IMG/VR virus record: IMGVR_UViG_3300032322_002561 | Location: 172,310-236,309 of that record | Reading direction: 5' to 3' (one strand) | Length of the DNA stretch: 64,000 nt | Shown here: in pieces, positions 47,779 through 56,309 of the stretch | How the letters are laid out: every line of letters starts with the position of its first letter | Numbering within the stretch: position 1 is the first letter of the stretch | Notes under the pieces: model-generated | What the model was told of the DNA's origin: nothing | The model's input: the letters and a program-made list of their open reading frames with translations, nothing else | Databases searched by the model: none | Program-made: the position numbers and the translations under genes

Positions 47779-48948
47779 ATGAGTGTTCCTTTAGATAGAT
47801 TATACAACTACTTGCAAGACATTGTCAAGATTGATATTGTAATTTATCGCTGGTATCCACACGGATCAAAAAAACCCATCTACATACGTCCCTTGAAACA
47901 CTATGACACAATGAGCTTGCAACAAGGACCCTTTGTGCTCATGCATGATCAAGAACCCCTGGGCATGGATCAATACAGTGATCAAGATCTTATAGAATTT
48001 AAAAATTGGATAGCAGAACGTGCACCAGAAGTACATTCAGTTGGTGTCAACACTTTCATGGAAACCTTGAGAAACAACAATCTGGGAGGATTCTTGCCCG
48101 TGGATAATAACCAACCTGTGGTTGTAGTTCACAGTGAGCAGAACAGTAATGAAGTAAAAATTCTTGAAAGCACCGGTCATTTTCCAGTGTATTATTGGAG
48201 CCATGCTCTACTTGCACGAGATTGGTATCGTTATGCTGAACATGATCCCAAATTATCTTGCAAAGAATTACAACAAACCTTTCTCATCTACAGTCGTGCT
48301 TGGTCAGGCACACGCGAATATAGATTAAAGTTTTCTGAACTATTGGTTGATAATGACATGGTAGATCATTGTCGCATGAGTTTTAGCCCAACTGATTCGG
48401 ATCGGCCTTACACAAATCATGTGTATAAAAATCCCATTTTCGCCATCAACACCCAACTAGAAAATTATTTTTCAATCAATCACACAGAGTCAGATGCCAG
48501 TGCTGACTATTGCACCCAAGATTATCAAGCCACCAAGATGGAGGTGGTGTTGGAAACATTGTTTGATGATCATCGCTGGCATCTCACAGAAAAAATTCTA
48601 CGGCCCATTGCGTGTGGACATCCTTTTATTTTGGTTTCAACTCCGGGCAGTCTTAGATACTTGCGTAGTTATGGATTTAAGACTTTTGATGATGTCATTG
48701 ACGAATCATATGACAACATAGTTGATCCTTTGGCGCGACTAAAAGCCGTAGTTGAAGTCATGAAACATTTGCTGTCAGCTGATGCACATACATGGAGCAT
48801 GCTCAAGACCACAGCCGAATACAACAAATCCCTGTTTTTCTCTGCAGAATTTCAGCGTAGAATAGTTGACGAATTCTCAGCAAACTTTGATCAGGCACTT
48901 TTTAATATGACACCATCCCAGTCTGGGTCAGGCGGATTATCAACATAG
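47779..48948 (+). CDS. Putative glycosyltransferase (GT10-like TEK motif)
   Basis: V.ET......LTEK..RPI..G.PF......G.L.YLR..GFKTF...IDESYD. Confidence 0.65.
   Translation: MSVPLDRLYNYLQDIVKIDIVIYRWYPHGSKKPIYIRPLKHYDTMSLQQGPFVLMHDQEPLGMDQYSDQDLIEFKNWIAERAPEVHSVGVNTFMETLRNNNLGGFLPVDNNQPVVVVHSEQNSNEVKILESTGHFPVYYWSHALLARDWYRYAEHDPKLSCKELQQTFLIYSRAWSGTREYRLKFSELLVDNDMVDHCRMSFSPTDSDRPYTNHVYKNPIFAINTQLENYFSINHTESDASADYCTQDYQATKMEVVLETLFDDHRWHLTEKILRPIACGHPFILVSTPGSLRYLRSYGFKTFDDVIDESYDNIVDPLARLKAVVEVMKHLLSADAHTWSMLKTTAEYNKSLFFSAEFQRRIVDEFSANFDQALFNMTPSQSGSGGLST
47799..47828 (-). promoter_or_regulatory. sigma70-type promoter inside the divergent glycosyltransferase ORF
   Basis: TTGACA-N18-TATAAT plus AAGGA SD before ATG 47777. 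Confidence 0.6.
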
Positions 48949-49247
48949 CGATTGACCCGCTGTAGTAGATTTTCATAAAAGCTGTCTAACTCACCACCCC
49001 AACGTCCTGTCAGCGACTTTATGGCACTTTGACAGTATTCCCAATTGCGTTGACGATATTCAACCAAAAGTTGATTGTGTGCTTGTCGGTAGTCATCTAA
49101 GGTGGGAAATTCATGCAAAGGTATATTTTCTACTACACAATAGGCTTTGACTACATCATCTGCTCCGGCAAATTTAAAATTGTCCAGTTCCAAAATCGTG
49201 TAATTGTCTGGCAAGTCTTTGATGTCATCTCCAAATATTATGTTCAT
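48891..49247 (-). CDS. Stand-alone homologue of the adenylate cyclase C-terminal region (non-catalytic)
   Basis: I.FG....L.D.Y...ELD.....G....V..Y ... H.....Y....W ... EL..FY....R ... P.DW.G aligns with the last ~100 aa of 40617..42632. Confidence 0.75.
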   Translation of the reverse strand: MNIIFGDDIKDLPDNYTILELDNFKFAGADDVVKAYCVVENIPLHEFPTLDDYRQAHNQLLVEYRQRNWEYCQSAIKSLTGRWGGELDSFYENLLQRVNRYVDNPPDPDWDGVILKSA

Positions 49248-49271
49248 ATGTTTTCCTTTTAAATATGTATC

Positions 49272-50063
49272 ATGAAACTGGCGTTTGACTTAATTTCTGA
49301 TCTACATCTTGAAACATGGCCCACAGCCTTTGATTGGCAAGGTCTTGCAACCAGTCCTTTTTGCATTGTAGCCGGAGACGTATCACGTGATCGCAACATC
49401 CTAATAGAAACCCTGCGGCATCTTGGCACCTGTTATCAGGCTGTGTTTTACATAGATGGCAATGATGAGCACCGGCATTATTATGATGATCTAGCCTCCA
49501 GCTACAAGGATCTTGAAAAGCAGTTGCAGAATATTCCACATGTTACCTATCTACAAGGCAATGTTGTGGTAATTGATGGTGTAGCAATTTTGGGTACCAA
49601 TGGCTGGTGGGGATTTGATTTTGACAAAAACATTGATCCCACACAGTGCGCTTTATGGTATCAAGAAAAAGTTGCCTGTGCCGGACACACTGTGCGCAGT
49701 ATTGGCAACATGGCCACAACAGATGCTATATATCTTACCAACAGTGTGACCAAACTACAGGCTCACCTGGATGTGCAACAAATAATTGTGGTCACTCACA
49801 CAGTGCCTAGCCCCGAATTGGTGTCACATGACATTGATCTAGTAGGCGACTATCGGTTCAATTGTATAGGTAACGAAGGAATGTTGCAGGCCTTGCAGGC
49901 AGACTTTGGCAACAAAATCCATACTTGGTGTTTTGGACACTATCATGGCAGTGTGGATCAAGTCAAACACGGTGTAAGATTTGTCAACAACTGTCGGGGT
50001 CGACACGACACAAAATGGTGCAAACATGTATTCCACCCCTTGCGTATTGAAGTAGAAATTTAG
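49272..50063 (+). CDS. Calcineurin-like metallophosphoesterase
   Basis: SDLH.E, VAGD, GNDEH, THTVP, FGHYH, NN.RG. Confidence 0.88.
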   Translation: MKLAFDLISDLHLETWPTAFDWQGLATSPFCIVAGDVSRDRNILIETLRHLGTCYQAVFYIDGNDEHRHYYDDLASSYKDLEKQLQNIPHVTYLQGNVVVIDGVAILGTNGWWGFDFDKNIDPTQCALWYQEKVACAGHTVRSIGNMATTDAIYLTNSVTKLQAHLDVQQIIVVTHTVPSPELVSHDIDLVGDYRFNCIGNEGMLQALQADFGNKIHTWCFGHYHGSVDQVKHGVRFVNNCRGRHDTKWCKHVFHPLRIEVEI

Positions 50064-50371
50064 AGTACGTCTTCGGGTTCCAGTTTGACCTGCAACGGAT
50101 AACTTTGAGCTCGCGCACTCACAGTGACTTCGATGCCTTTTTGTTCAGCTATTTCATACGGCAACACAGCCACAATGGCACTGCCTTCTTGATGTATATC
50201 AATGGTGATACGTTCGGCACTTTCAGCAGTGTAATCAAAATGTTCTATCAAACTTTCTATCACAAATTCCATGCTGGTTTGATTGTCATTGAGATATATT
50301 ACACGAAACAGGGGCGGTTCTTTGATTTTTTCTACAGGTTTAATTCTTGTACGTGGTTCTGCATTTGCCAT
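50060..50371 (-). CDS. clpS: Clp protease adaptor ClpS
   Basis: P.LF.V..LND..T.MEFV..L...F, IH..G.A.V, EIAE.K, YPL...E. Confidence 0.93.
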   Translation of the reverse strand: MANAEPRTRIKPVEKIKEPPLFRVIYLNDNQTSMEFVIESLIEHFDYTAESAERITIDIHQEGSAIVAVLPYEIAEQKGIEVTVSARAQSYPLQVKLEPEDVL

Positions 50372-50386
50372 GAGTTTTCCTTGAAT

Positions 50387-50411
50387 CAGTAGCGGGACAG
50401 TCCCGCTACTG
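50387..50411. terminator. Stem-loop between hsp20 and clpS
   Basis: CAGTAGCGGGACAGTCCCGCTACTG perfect inverted repeat. Confidence 0.55.
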
Positions 50412-50425
50412 TATTTACTATTTTA

Positions 50426-50863
50426 TTAGTCTTGATAGGTAATTGCAATACTCTTTGGCTTGGCACTGTCAGGAATCTTGCGTTCTAGATACACGGTCAA
50501 GATACCATCCTTTTGTCCAGCACTGTTTACTTCCACATATTCTCCTAGACTAAAGGTACGAATGAACTTTCTTGCACTGATGCCCTGATGTCTATAAATG
50601 TAGTCAGGATTCACAGGTTCATTTTTTTCACCTGTAATGATCAGTTCGCCCTCTTTTACCGTGATATCAATTTCGCCTTGACCAAAGCCGGCCACGGCTA
50701 GTTGTATCTCGTAAAGATTTTCCATGGTTTCTACAATATTGTAGGGTGGATAGTTTACATTTGATGCATGGTCAAGTTGGTTTACAATGCGATCAAACAA
50801 TCTATCTACACCAATGGCATTGCGATAAAATGGTGTCAAATCATAACTTGTAATCTTAGTCAT
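50426..50863 (-). CDS. Small heat-shock protein Hsp20 (IbpA-like)
   Basis: IG.DR.F, NYPPYNI, LAVAGF, H.GIS.R.F.R.F.L, DGIL.V.L. Confidence 0.95.
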   Translation of the reverse strand: MTKITSYDLTPFYRNAIGVDRLFDRIVNQLDHASNVNYPPYNIVETMENLYEIQLAVAGFGQGEIDITVKEGELIITGEKNEPVNPDYIYRHQGISARKFIRTFSLGEYVEVNSAGQKDGILTVYLERKIPDSAKPKSIAITYQD

Positions 50864-50918
50864 TTGTTTTCTCCTTATTAAGCAAGTTGACTATTGGCGG
50901 CCCCAAACGGGCACCGCC
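50864..50918 (-). promoter_or_regulatory. ROSE-like RNA thermometer leader (copy 2, hsp20)
   Basis: GGCGG-UG-CCC/GGG-G-CCGCC stem, then CUUGCUUAAUAAGGAG. Confidence 0.75.
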
Positions 50919-50930
50919 TACTGAGTTTCC

Positions 50931-52811
50931 TCAGTCTTTCTTTTCGGTAAAGTCTGCATCGACCACAGTGTCTTCTGGCTTGGATTCTGCTGTGGTTTTC
51001 TTAGACTTTGCTTCAAAGATGGGTTGGCTGACTGCCATGACTTCGTTTATCTTACCGGTCATGGCTTCACGATCTGCGCCTTTGGCTACTTCTTCTAGTT
51101 CGTTCAAGGCTCGTTCAATAGATTCAATTTGGTCAGCGGTGAGTTCAGTTCGTACTTCGGCTAGATCTTGCCGAATCATGTGCAGTGTGCTGTCAGCATT
51201 GTTGCGTGCCTGAATTAGATCGCGTTGACGTCGATCCTCTTCGGCATTGGCTTCTGCGTCCTTGATCATGCGTTGAATTTCTTCATCAGTGAGTCCACTA
51301 TTGGCCTTGATGGTGATTTTGTTTTCTTTGCCAGTGGCTTTGTCCTTGGCTGAAACATGCATGATACCATTGGCGTCGATGTCTAAGGTCACTTCAATTT
51401 GTGGTGTGCCACGACGTGCTGGTGCTATACCTTCAAGATTGAATTCACCCAAGAGCTTGTTGTGCTGACACAATTCACGCTCGCCTTGAAATACCTTGAT
51501 GGTCACAGCAGGCTGATTGTCTTCTGCGGTACTAAAAATTTGGCTGTGTTTGGTTGGAATAGTTGTATTTTTTTGAATCAGTTTGGCCATTACGCCGCCC
51601 ATGGTTTCAATCCCAAGACTGAGTGGTGTAACATCCAACAATAATACGTCTTTTCTGTCACCAGCCAGCACTGCACCTTGAATTGCAGCACCCACTGCCA
51701 CGGCTTCGTCAGGATTTACATCCTTGCGTGGTGTTTTACCAAACAGTTGCTCAACTGCCTCTTGTACCTTTGGCATGCGTGTTTGTCCACCGACAAGGAT
51801 GACTTCGTCAATATCGCTAGCGCCAACACCGGCATCTTTCATGGCTTGACGACAAGGAGCCAAACTGCGTTGAATTAGTTCTTCAACTAAGCTTTCTAAT
51901 TTTGCACGTGTGAGTTTGACATTTAAGTGCTTGGGTCCTGAGGCATCGGCAGTGATGTATGGTAGGTTTACATCAGTCTGGTTGCTGTTAGAAAGTTCAA
52001 TCTTGGCTTTTTCTGCGGCATCTTTTAGACGTTGTAAGGCAAGCATGTCTTTTTTGAGATCAACACCGCTTTCTTTCTTGAATTCATCTACCAAATAATC
52101 CATAATGCGTTGGTCAAAGTCTTCACCGCCTAGGAACGTGTCACCATTTGTTGACAATACTTCAATTTGTTTTTCACCGTCAATGTTGGCAATTTCAATG
52201 ATGCTGACGTCAAATGTACCACCCCCCAGGTCATACACAGCTACCTTGCGATCGGTTTTATCTTGTTTGTCAACACCATAGGCCAAGGCAGCTGCCGTGG
52301 GTTCGTTGATGATGCGTAGCACTTCCAAGCCTGCGATGCGTCCGGCATCCTTGGTGGCCTGACGCTGGCTGTCATTGAAGTAGGCCGGTACTGTGATCAC
52401 TGCTTGTGTGACTTCTTGGCCTAGATAGTCTTCGGCAGTTTTTTTCATTTTGCGAAGAACTTCGGCACTGATTTGTGGAGGTGCCAATTCTTGATTTTGA
52501 GCTCGGATCCAGGCATCACCGTTTGAAGCCTTGATGATTTCATAAGGCATGAGGTCTATGTCTTTTTGCACAGCTTCCTCTTCAAACTTGCGCCCGATCA
52601 GTCGCTTGGCAGCGTAGATTGTGTTTTTTGGATTGGTTACTGCTTGTCGTTTGGCACTGGCACCAACCATGATTTCATCGTCGGTATAGGCGATGATAGA
52701 GGGTGTGGTTCTAGCACCTTCGCTGTTTTCTATTACTCGGGGATTTCCGTTTTCAATAATGGCCACACACGAATTTGTGGTGCCCAGGTCAATACCTATG
52801 ACTTTGCTCAT
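50931..52811 (-). CDS. dnaK: Chaperone DnaK (Hsp70)
   Basis: [37 protein letters not shown]; full length. Confidence 0.98.
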   Translation of the reverse strand: MSKVIGIDLGTTNSCVAIIENGNPRVIENSEGARTTPSIIAYTDDEIMVGASAKRQAVTNPKNTIYAAKRLIGRKFEEEAVQKDIDLMPYEIIKASNGDAWIRAQNQELAPPQISAEVLRKMKKTAEDYLGQEVTQAVITVPAYFNDSQRQATKDAGRIAGLEVLRIINEPTAAALAYGVDKQDKTDRKVAVYDLGGGTFDVSIIEIANIDGEKQIEVLSTNGDTFLGGEDFDQRIMDYLVDEFKKESGVDLKKDMLALQRLKDAAEKAKIELSNSNQTDVNLPYITADASGPKHLNVKLTRAKLESLVEELIQRSLAPCRQAMKDAGVGASDIDEVILVGGQTRMPKVQEAVEQLFGKTPRKDVNPDEAVAVGAAIQGAVLAGDRKDVLLLDVTPLSLGIETMGGVMAKLIQKNTTIPTKHSQIFSTAEDNQPAVTIKVFQGERELCQHNKLLGEFNLEGIAPARRGTPQIEVTLDIDANGIMHVSAKDKATGKENKITIKANSGLTDEEIQRMIKDAEANAEEDRRQRDLIQARNNADSTLHMIRQDLAEVRTELTADQIESIERALNELEEVAKGADREAMTGKINEVMAVSQPIFEAKSKKTTAESKPEDTVVDADFTEKKD

Positions 52812-52870
52812 TTGCGTTCTCCTTATGTTAAGCAAGATTTTTTTGTAGCCCGACCATCGGCACTACAAAA
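52812..52870 (-). promoter_or_regulatory. ROSE-like RNA thermometer leader (copy 3, dnaK)
   Basis: UUUUGUAG-UG-CCGA/UCGG-G-CUACAAAA stem, then CUUGCUUAACAUAAGGAG. Confidence 0.7.
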
Positions 52871-52872
52871 CT

Positions 52873-52903
52873 TATTTATACAACAATTTTTCTACTGTGT
52901 CAA
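52873..52903 (-). promoter_or_regulatory. Composite promoter for dnaK
   Basis: TTGACA-N17-TATAAA whose -10 is also an exact T4 late box TATAAATA. Confidence 0.65.
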
Positions 52904-52905
52904 AT

Positions 52906-53133
52906 CTAATATAATTTTTTGGGCAATTGCTGGCTGGCCAATTGTTTTTGCCAACGTTTAGAAGCAGCATTGCGTTTGAGTTTGCGTCTAGTAGTGGGTT
53001 TGATATAGCACTCACGATCTCGCAAGTCATTGAGGATTCCTGAAGCCTGTATCTTCTTTTTAAATTTGCGCAGGGCTTTTTCGACATTGCCGTCGTTTAC
53101 CAGCACACTGCGTCCGCGAAAATAATTACTCAT
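52906..53133 (-). CDS. rpsU: Ribosomal protein bS21
   Basis: V....VEKALRKFKKK....G...DLR.RE.Y.KPT..RK. Confidence 0.93.
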   Translation of the reverse strand: MSNYFRGRSVLVNDGNVEKALRKFKKKIQASGILNDLRDRECYIKPTTRRKLKRNAASKRWQKQLASQQLPKKLY

Positions 53134-54325
53134 TGACTTTTTTCAGTTCCTTGGGAGTATTTACCATGCTTTCATCAATAACCACACAGTTTATTTTATT
53201 GCGCTGATACTCGGGCAAGCGGTACATGTGAGGTAAAAGCACACGTTCAAGTTCACTGTGCAAGCCACGAGCACCGGTTCGATTCTGTATGGTATTTGTG
53301 GCTATGAGTTCTAGAGCTTGATCAGTAAACTGCAATTCCACATGGTCCTGATCAAACAACCACTTGTATTGTGCCACATAACTGTGTTTGATATCAATAA
53401 GTATCTTCACCAGGTCCTGCTTGGTAAGTGCATCAAGAGCTACCCAAGTAGGAAATCTACCAACAAATTCTGGTATCAAGCCAAACTTGATCAAATCATC
53501 TGGAGTAGTTTGATTAACGCTGGTGGCCTGCGCTGTTACATCCGCAGAAAATCCTATACTGGTGCCTTGAATTCGATTTTTAACAATATTGTCAAGACCC
53601 ACAAAGGCGCCGCCGGCAATGAACAAAATGTTAGTGGTATCAATTTCTACAGTTTCCCCACTGGGGTGTTTTCTACCGCCTTGTGGTACTATTCTACACC
53701 GAGTACCCTCAACTAATTTTAGCAAGGCTTGTTGCACACCCTCACCCGATACGTCGCGTGTGATGCTGGCACTTTCACTGCGCCGGCTAATTTTGTCAAT
53801 CTCATCTATGAACACAATGCCTCGTTCACAGCGTTTTACATCATAATCTGCTGCGGCATACAACCGACTTATCAAACTTTCTACATCATCGCCCACATAC
53901 CCTGCTTCGGTTAGACTAGTGGCATCGGCTATTACAAAAGGCACATCCAAATATCGTGCCACGCTGCGTGCCAATAAAGTTTTGCCTGATCCCGTGGGTC
54001 CAAGCATGAGAATATTTACTTTTTCAATTTCGTTGTTTTTTTCTTGACTGTTTATGCGCTTGTAGTGATTTGTTATAGCCACACTAAGCACAATCTTGGC
54101 TGCGTCCTGACCGATCACGTACTGATCCAAGTGTGCCTTTATAGCCGCGGGATCAGCCAAGGGTGCCATGGGTGATATGTCTTTGTCTTCTTGCCTGAGC
54201 AAGTTTTCACAAAGATCTACACATTCGTTGCAGATGCTTACGGCATCACCAACAATCAGTTTGGCCACTGCATCTTTGTGTTTGTTACAGAAACTGCAAG
54301 TGGTTATTGGTGTTTCTTTGCTCAT
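53126..54325 (-). CDS. clpX: ATP-dependent Clp protease ATPase ClpX
   Basis: CSFC...ICNECV zinc finger, GPTGSGKT, DEIDK, RDVSGEGVQQALLK, GGRKHP, IGF loop, TGARGL. Confidence 0.97.
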   Translation of the reverse strand: MSKETPITTCSFCNKHKDAVAKLIVGDAVSICNECVDLCENLLRQEDKDISPMAPLADPAAIKAHLDQYVIGQDAAKIVLSVAITNHYKRINSQEKNNEIEKVNILMLGPTGSGKTLLARSVARYLDVPFVIADATSLTEAGYVGDDVESLISRLYAAADYDVKRCERGIVFIDEIDKISRRSESASITRDVSGEGVQQALLKLVEGTRCRIVPQGGRKHPSGETVEIDTTNILFIAGGAFVGLDNIVKNRIQGTSIGFSADVTAQATSVNQTTPDDLIKFGLIPEFVGRFPTWVALDALTKQDLVKILIDIKHSYVAQYKWLFDQDHVELQFTDQALELIATNTIQNRTGARGLHSELERVLLPHMYRLPEYQRNKINCVVIDESMVNTPKELKKVNE

Positions 54326-55776
54326 TTATCAGTGCGTGATTGAAGTTGTTGAGTAATTTGTTCGCGTTCACCTTCACTTAGTAAGTCGATATCTAATTCT
54401 CCTGAAGCAATTTTATCTATCAAGTGAGAGATGTAGGCTGTATCATAAGTGTAATTGTCTGTGGCAGTTTTGTCAACCTGTATCCAGTTTTTACCATTAA
54501 ACTTGTATAATACTGAAGGCAACTGATCTACTCGAACAAACAAATCACCTTTGGCAGGATCATCTGGCCAATGTGTACCAAATCCTGATTTGTTTTCTTT
54601 TACCACATGATTGTCGGCTACTAGATCCAGCCAAGGCAGTGTGGCAATTTTTCCTTGTTCCAGCAAGTGTCTTTGATGTTTAAGTGTATCGTCGGGATTT
54701 TGTTCTTTCCATAGACGCATGGCTTCCTTGATTTCAGGAGTTTCGTGTTCGTCTTGATCCACATGATCATACCAGCGTTCTGTATCGGGCTGGACTGTTT
54801 GATAAGGATTTGTTTCTTCTGGAGCTTGATATGTGCCAGCGTCTAACTCTTGAGCAACCGTGCGAGCTCGATCAAAAAACTCTTCGGCACTGTCTGGTTC
54901 TTGTTGGCGTGGGAACGGCCAAAACTGTGTGGCTATAGGCCAAAAACTTTTTTGAGATTTTTCTTGTGAGGATTCTATATCCGTTTCTTGACTGTTTCGA
55001 AACGTGCTACCCCGAAGTCCTTGTCGTTCCCATTTAATGCTTTCTGTAGCGGCAAGAACCATCATTATGGCCAAGGGATCAAATACTATAACCAAGATGA
55101 TTATGACCCAGCGCACTGCTTTTTCCAGCACATTGGCTTCAAGGTTGTCACCATAGATCAAGGCCGCGATGTACTTGATGGGTCCTACTTCAGCTTCGAC
55201 CTTGCGCACTTCGGCACGTATAGGAGCGGCTTCTTCATTGAGTGCCTGAATTTTTTTCTGCTCCGATTCGATCTCTCGCAACAATCGTCCACGTTCAGCC
55301 TGTTGACTACGACGTATTTGCACAGCACGTTCGGCACCACGCTCATCGTTGCTTCGACTCATGGTCTGATCCACAGCGGCATCTAGTTGTGTGAGTGCTC
55401 GGCGATTGGCTTCAATGTTGTCTCGGGCTGTTCGAATCTTTTCATCGTAGATGGCAATCCGAGCCTGAACATCGCCTGATACAAGATTTTGATCGGTGTG
55501 GGCTTTTGATAAAAATCCAAATATGCCCATGCTGGTGATGAACATAAGCAACACCACCGATGTGGTAAGTTGGACTTTCATGCCGCGGCGACAATACTGC
55601 CAATATTCGTGTAACCATATTGTCACAGTGATTTTGGCCACTTCCATGACACCACCCATGATGATGATAGGAACCACGGCGGCAGCAAAAATTGCGGCGA
55701 GGCCGGCAATGCTGTACCAGGCAGCAATTAAACTCAATGAAAGAGCAACTGCAAGAGTCCAATAACTCAATATCAT
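54322..55776 (-). CDS. Membrane protein with long coiled coil
   Basis: N-terminal TMs (TSMGIFGFLS), coiled coil, EVGPIKY.A, VFDPLA TM; C-terminal FG..WP..P.KGD.F.RVD. Confidence 0.85.
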   Translation of the reverse strand: MILSYWTLAVALSLSLIAAWYSIAGLAAIFAAAVVPIIIMGGVMEVAKITVTIWLHEYWQYCRRGMKVQLTTSVVLLMFITSMGIFGFLSKAHTDQNLVSGDVQARIAIYDEKIRTARDNIEANRRALTQLDAAVDQTMSRSNDERGAERAVQIRRSQQAERGRLLREIESEQKKIQALNEEAAPIRAEVRKVEAEVGPIKYIAALIYGDNLEANVLEKAVRWVIIILVIVFDPLAIMMVLAATESIKWERQGLRGSTFRNSQETDIESSQEKSQKSFWPIATQFWPFPRQQEPDSAEEFFDRARTVAQELDAGTYQAPEETNPYQTVQPDTERWYDHVDQDEHETPEIKEAMRLWKEQNPDDTLKHQRHLLEQGKIATLPWLDLVADNHVVKENKSGFGTHWPDDPAKGDLFVRVDQLPSVLYKFNGKNWIQVDKTATDNYTYDTAYISHLIDKIASGELDIDLLSEGEREQITQQLQSRTDK

Positions 55777-55780
55777 AGAT

Positions 55781-56086
55781 TTATTTATTGGGAGCTTCCA
55801 CAGGTCTTACTGCTAATTTAACGGAAACCCAGGTGGCAAACTTGGGATCAGGCACATCAAACCAGACTGTAACCGAGGTTGTACCATATTTTTCAAGTTT
55901 GCGTTTGACTCGTGGTTGTGTTTTCCAATTTTTTCCAAACCATGTCCGAGCTTCGCTCATGACACAGTACCAAGCTTCTATGGTGTGGAGTTCAAAATAA
56001 ATTCGGTGCATGTCCAAGGGCGTTGTTTCAAGAGAGCTGAGTGATGTCGGCATACTCTGCGCAGAGACCTCGATATCAACAGACAT
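55781..56086 (-). CDS. Hypothetical protein downstream of structured leader
   Basis: AAGGA SD; W....EAR..FG.NW..Q, WFDVPD..FATW..VK. Confidence 0.7.
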   Translation of the reverse strand: MSVDIEVSAQSMPTSLSSLETTPLDMHRIYFELHTIEAWYCVMSEARTWFGKNWKTQPRVKRKLEKYGTTSVTVWFDVPDPKFATWVSVKLAVRPVEAPNK

Positions 56087-56101
56087 ACTGCATCCTTTCA
56101 C

Positions 56102-56272
56102 TGTAAATTCCTCTATAACGGCATACCCCCGGGGTATCAGCCCAGGTTTTGATTTCTCAAGGACAGTGTCTCAACCTATGTGACTTACGCCTACTTGCCA
56201 CGGGCAAACCATTGGGTCCGGATCTAGCTATCCCTCTGGCCCATTAGACAGCACCATCTCCTTGAACATGCC
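56102..56272 (-). ncRNA. Candidate structured 5' leader / small RNA
   Basis: Starts at predicted TSS; helices GGCAU/AUGCC, UCAAGGA/UCCUUGA, UUGCC/GGCAA, AUACCC/GGGUAU. Confidence 0.5.
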
Positions 56273-56277
56273 TTGTT

Positions 56278-56306
56278 ATTATACAGTATAGTATGGCAAT
56301 AGTCAA
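56278..56306 (-). promoter_or_regulatory. sigma70-type promoter
   Basis: TTGACT-N17-TATAAT. Confidence 0.75.
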
Positions 56307-56309
56307 TGG

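Noticed and set aside
56202-56240. GGGCAAACCATT resembling the start of a c-di-GMP-I riboswitch
   Set aside because: On the strand opposite the promoter and gene, and lacks the GAAA loop and GCAAAG continuation
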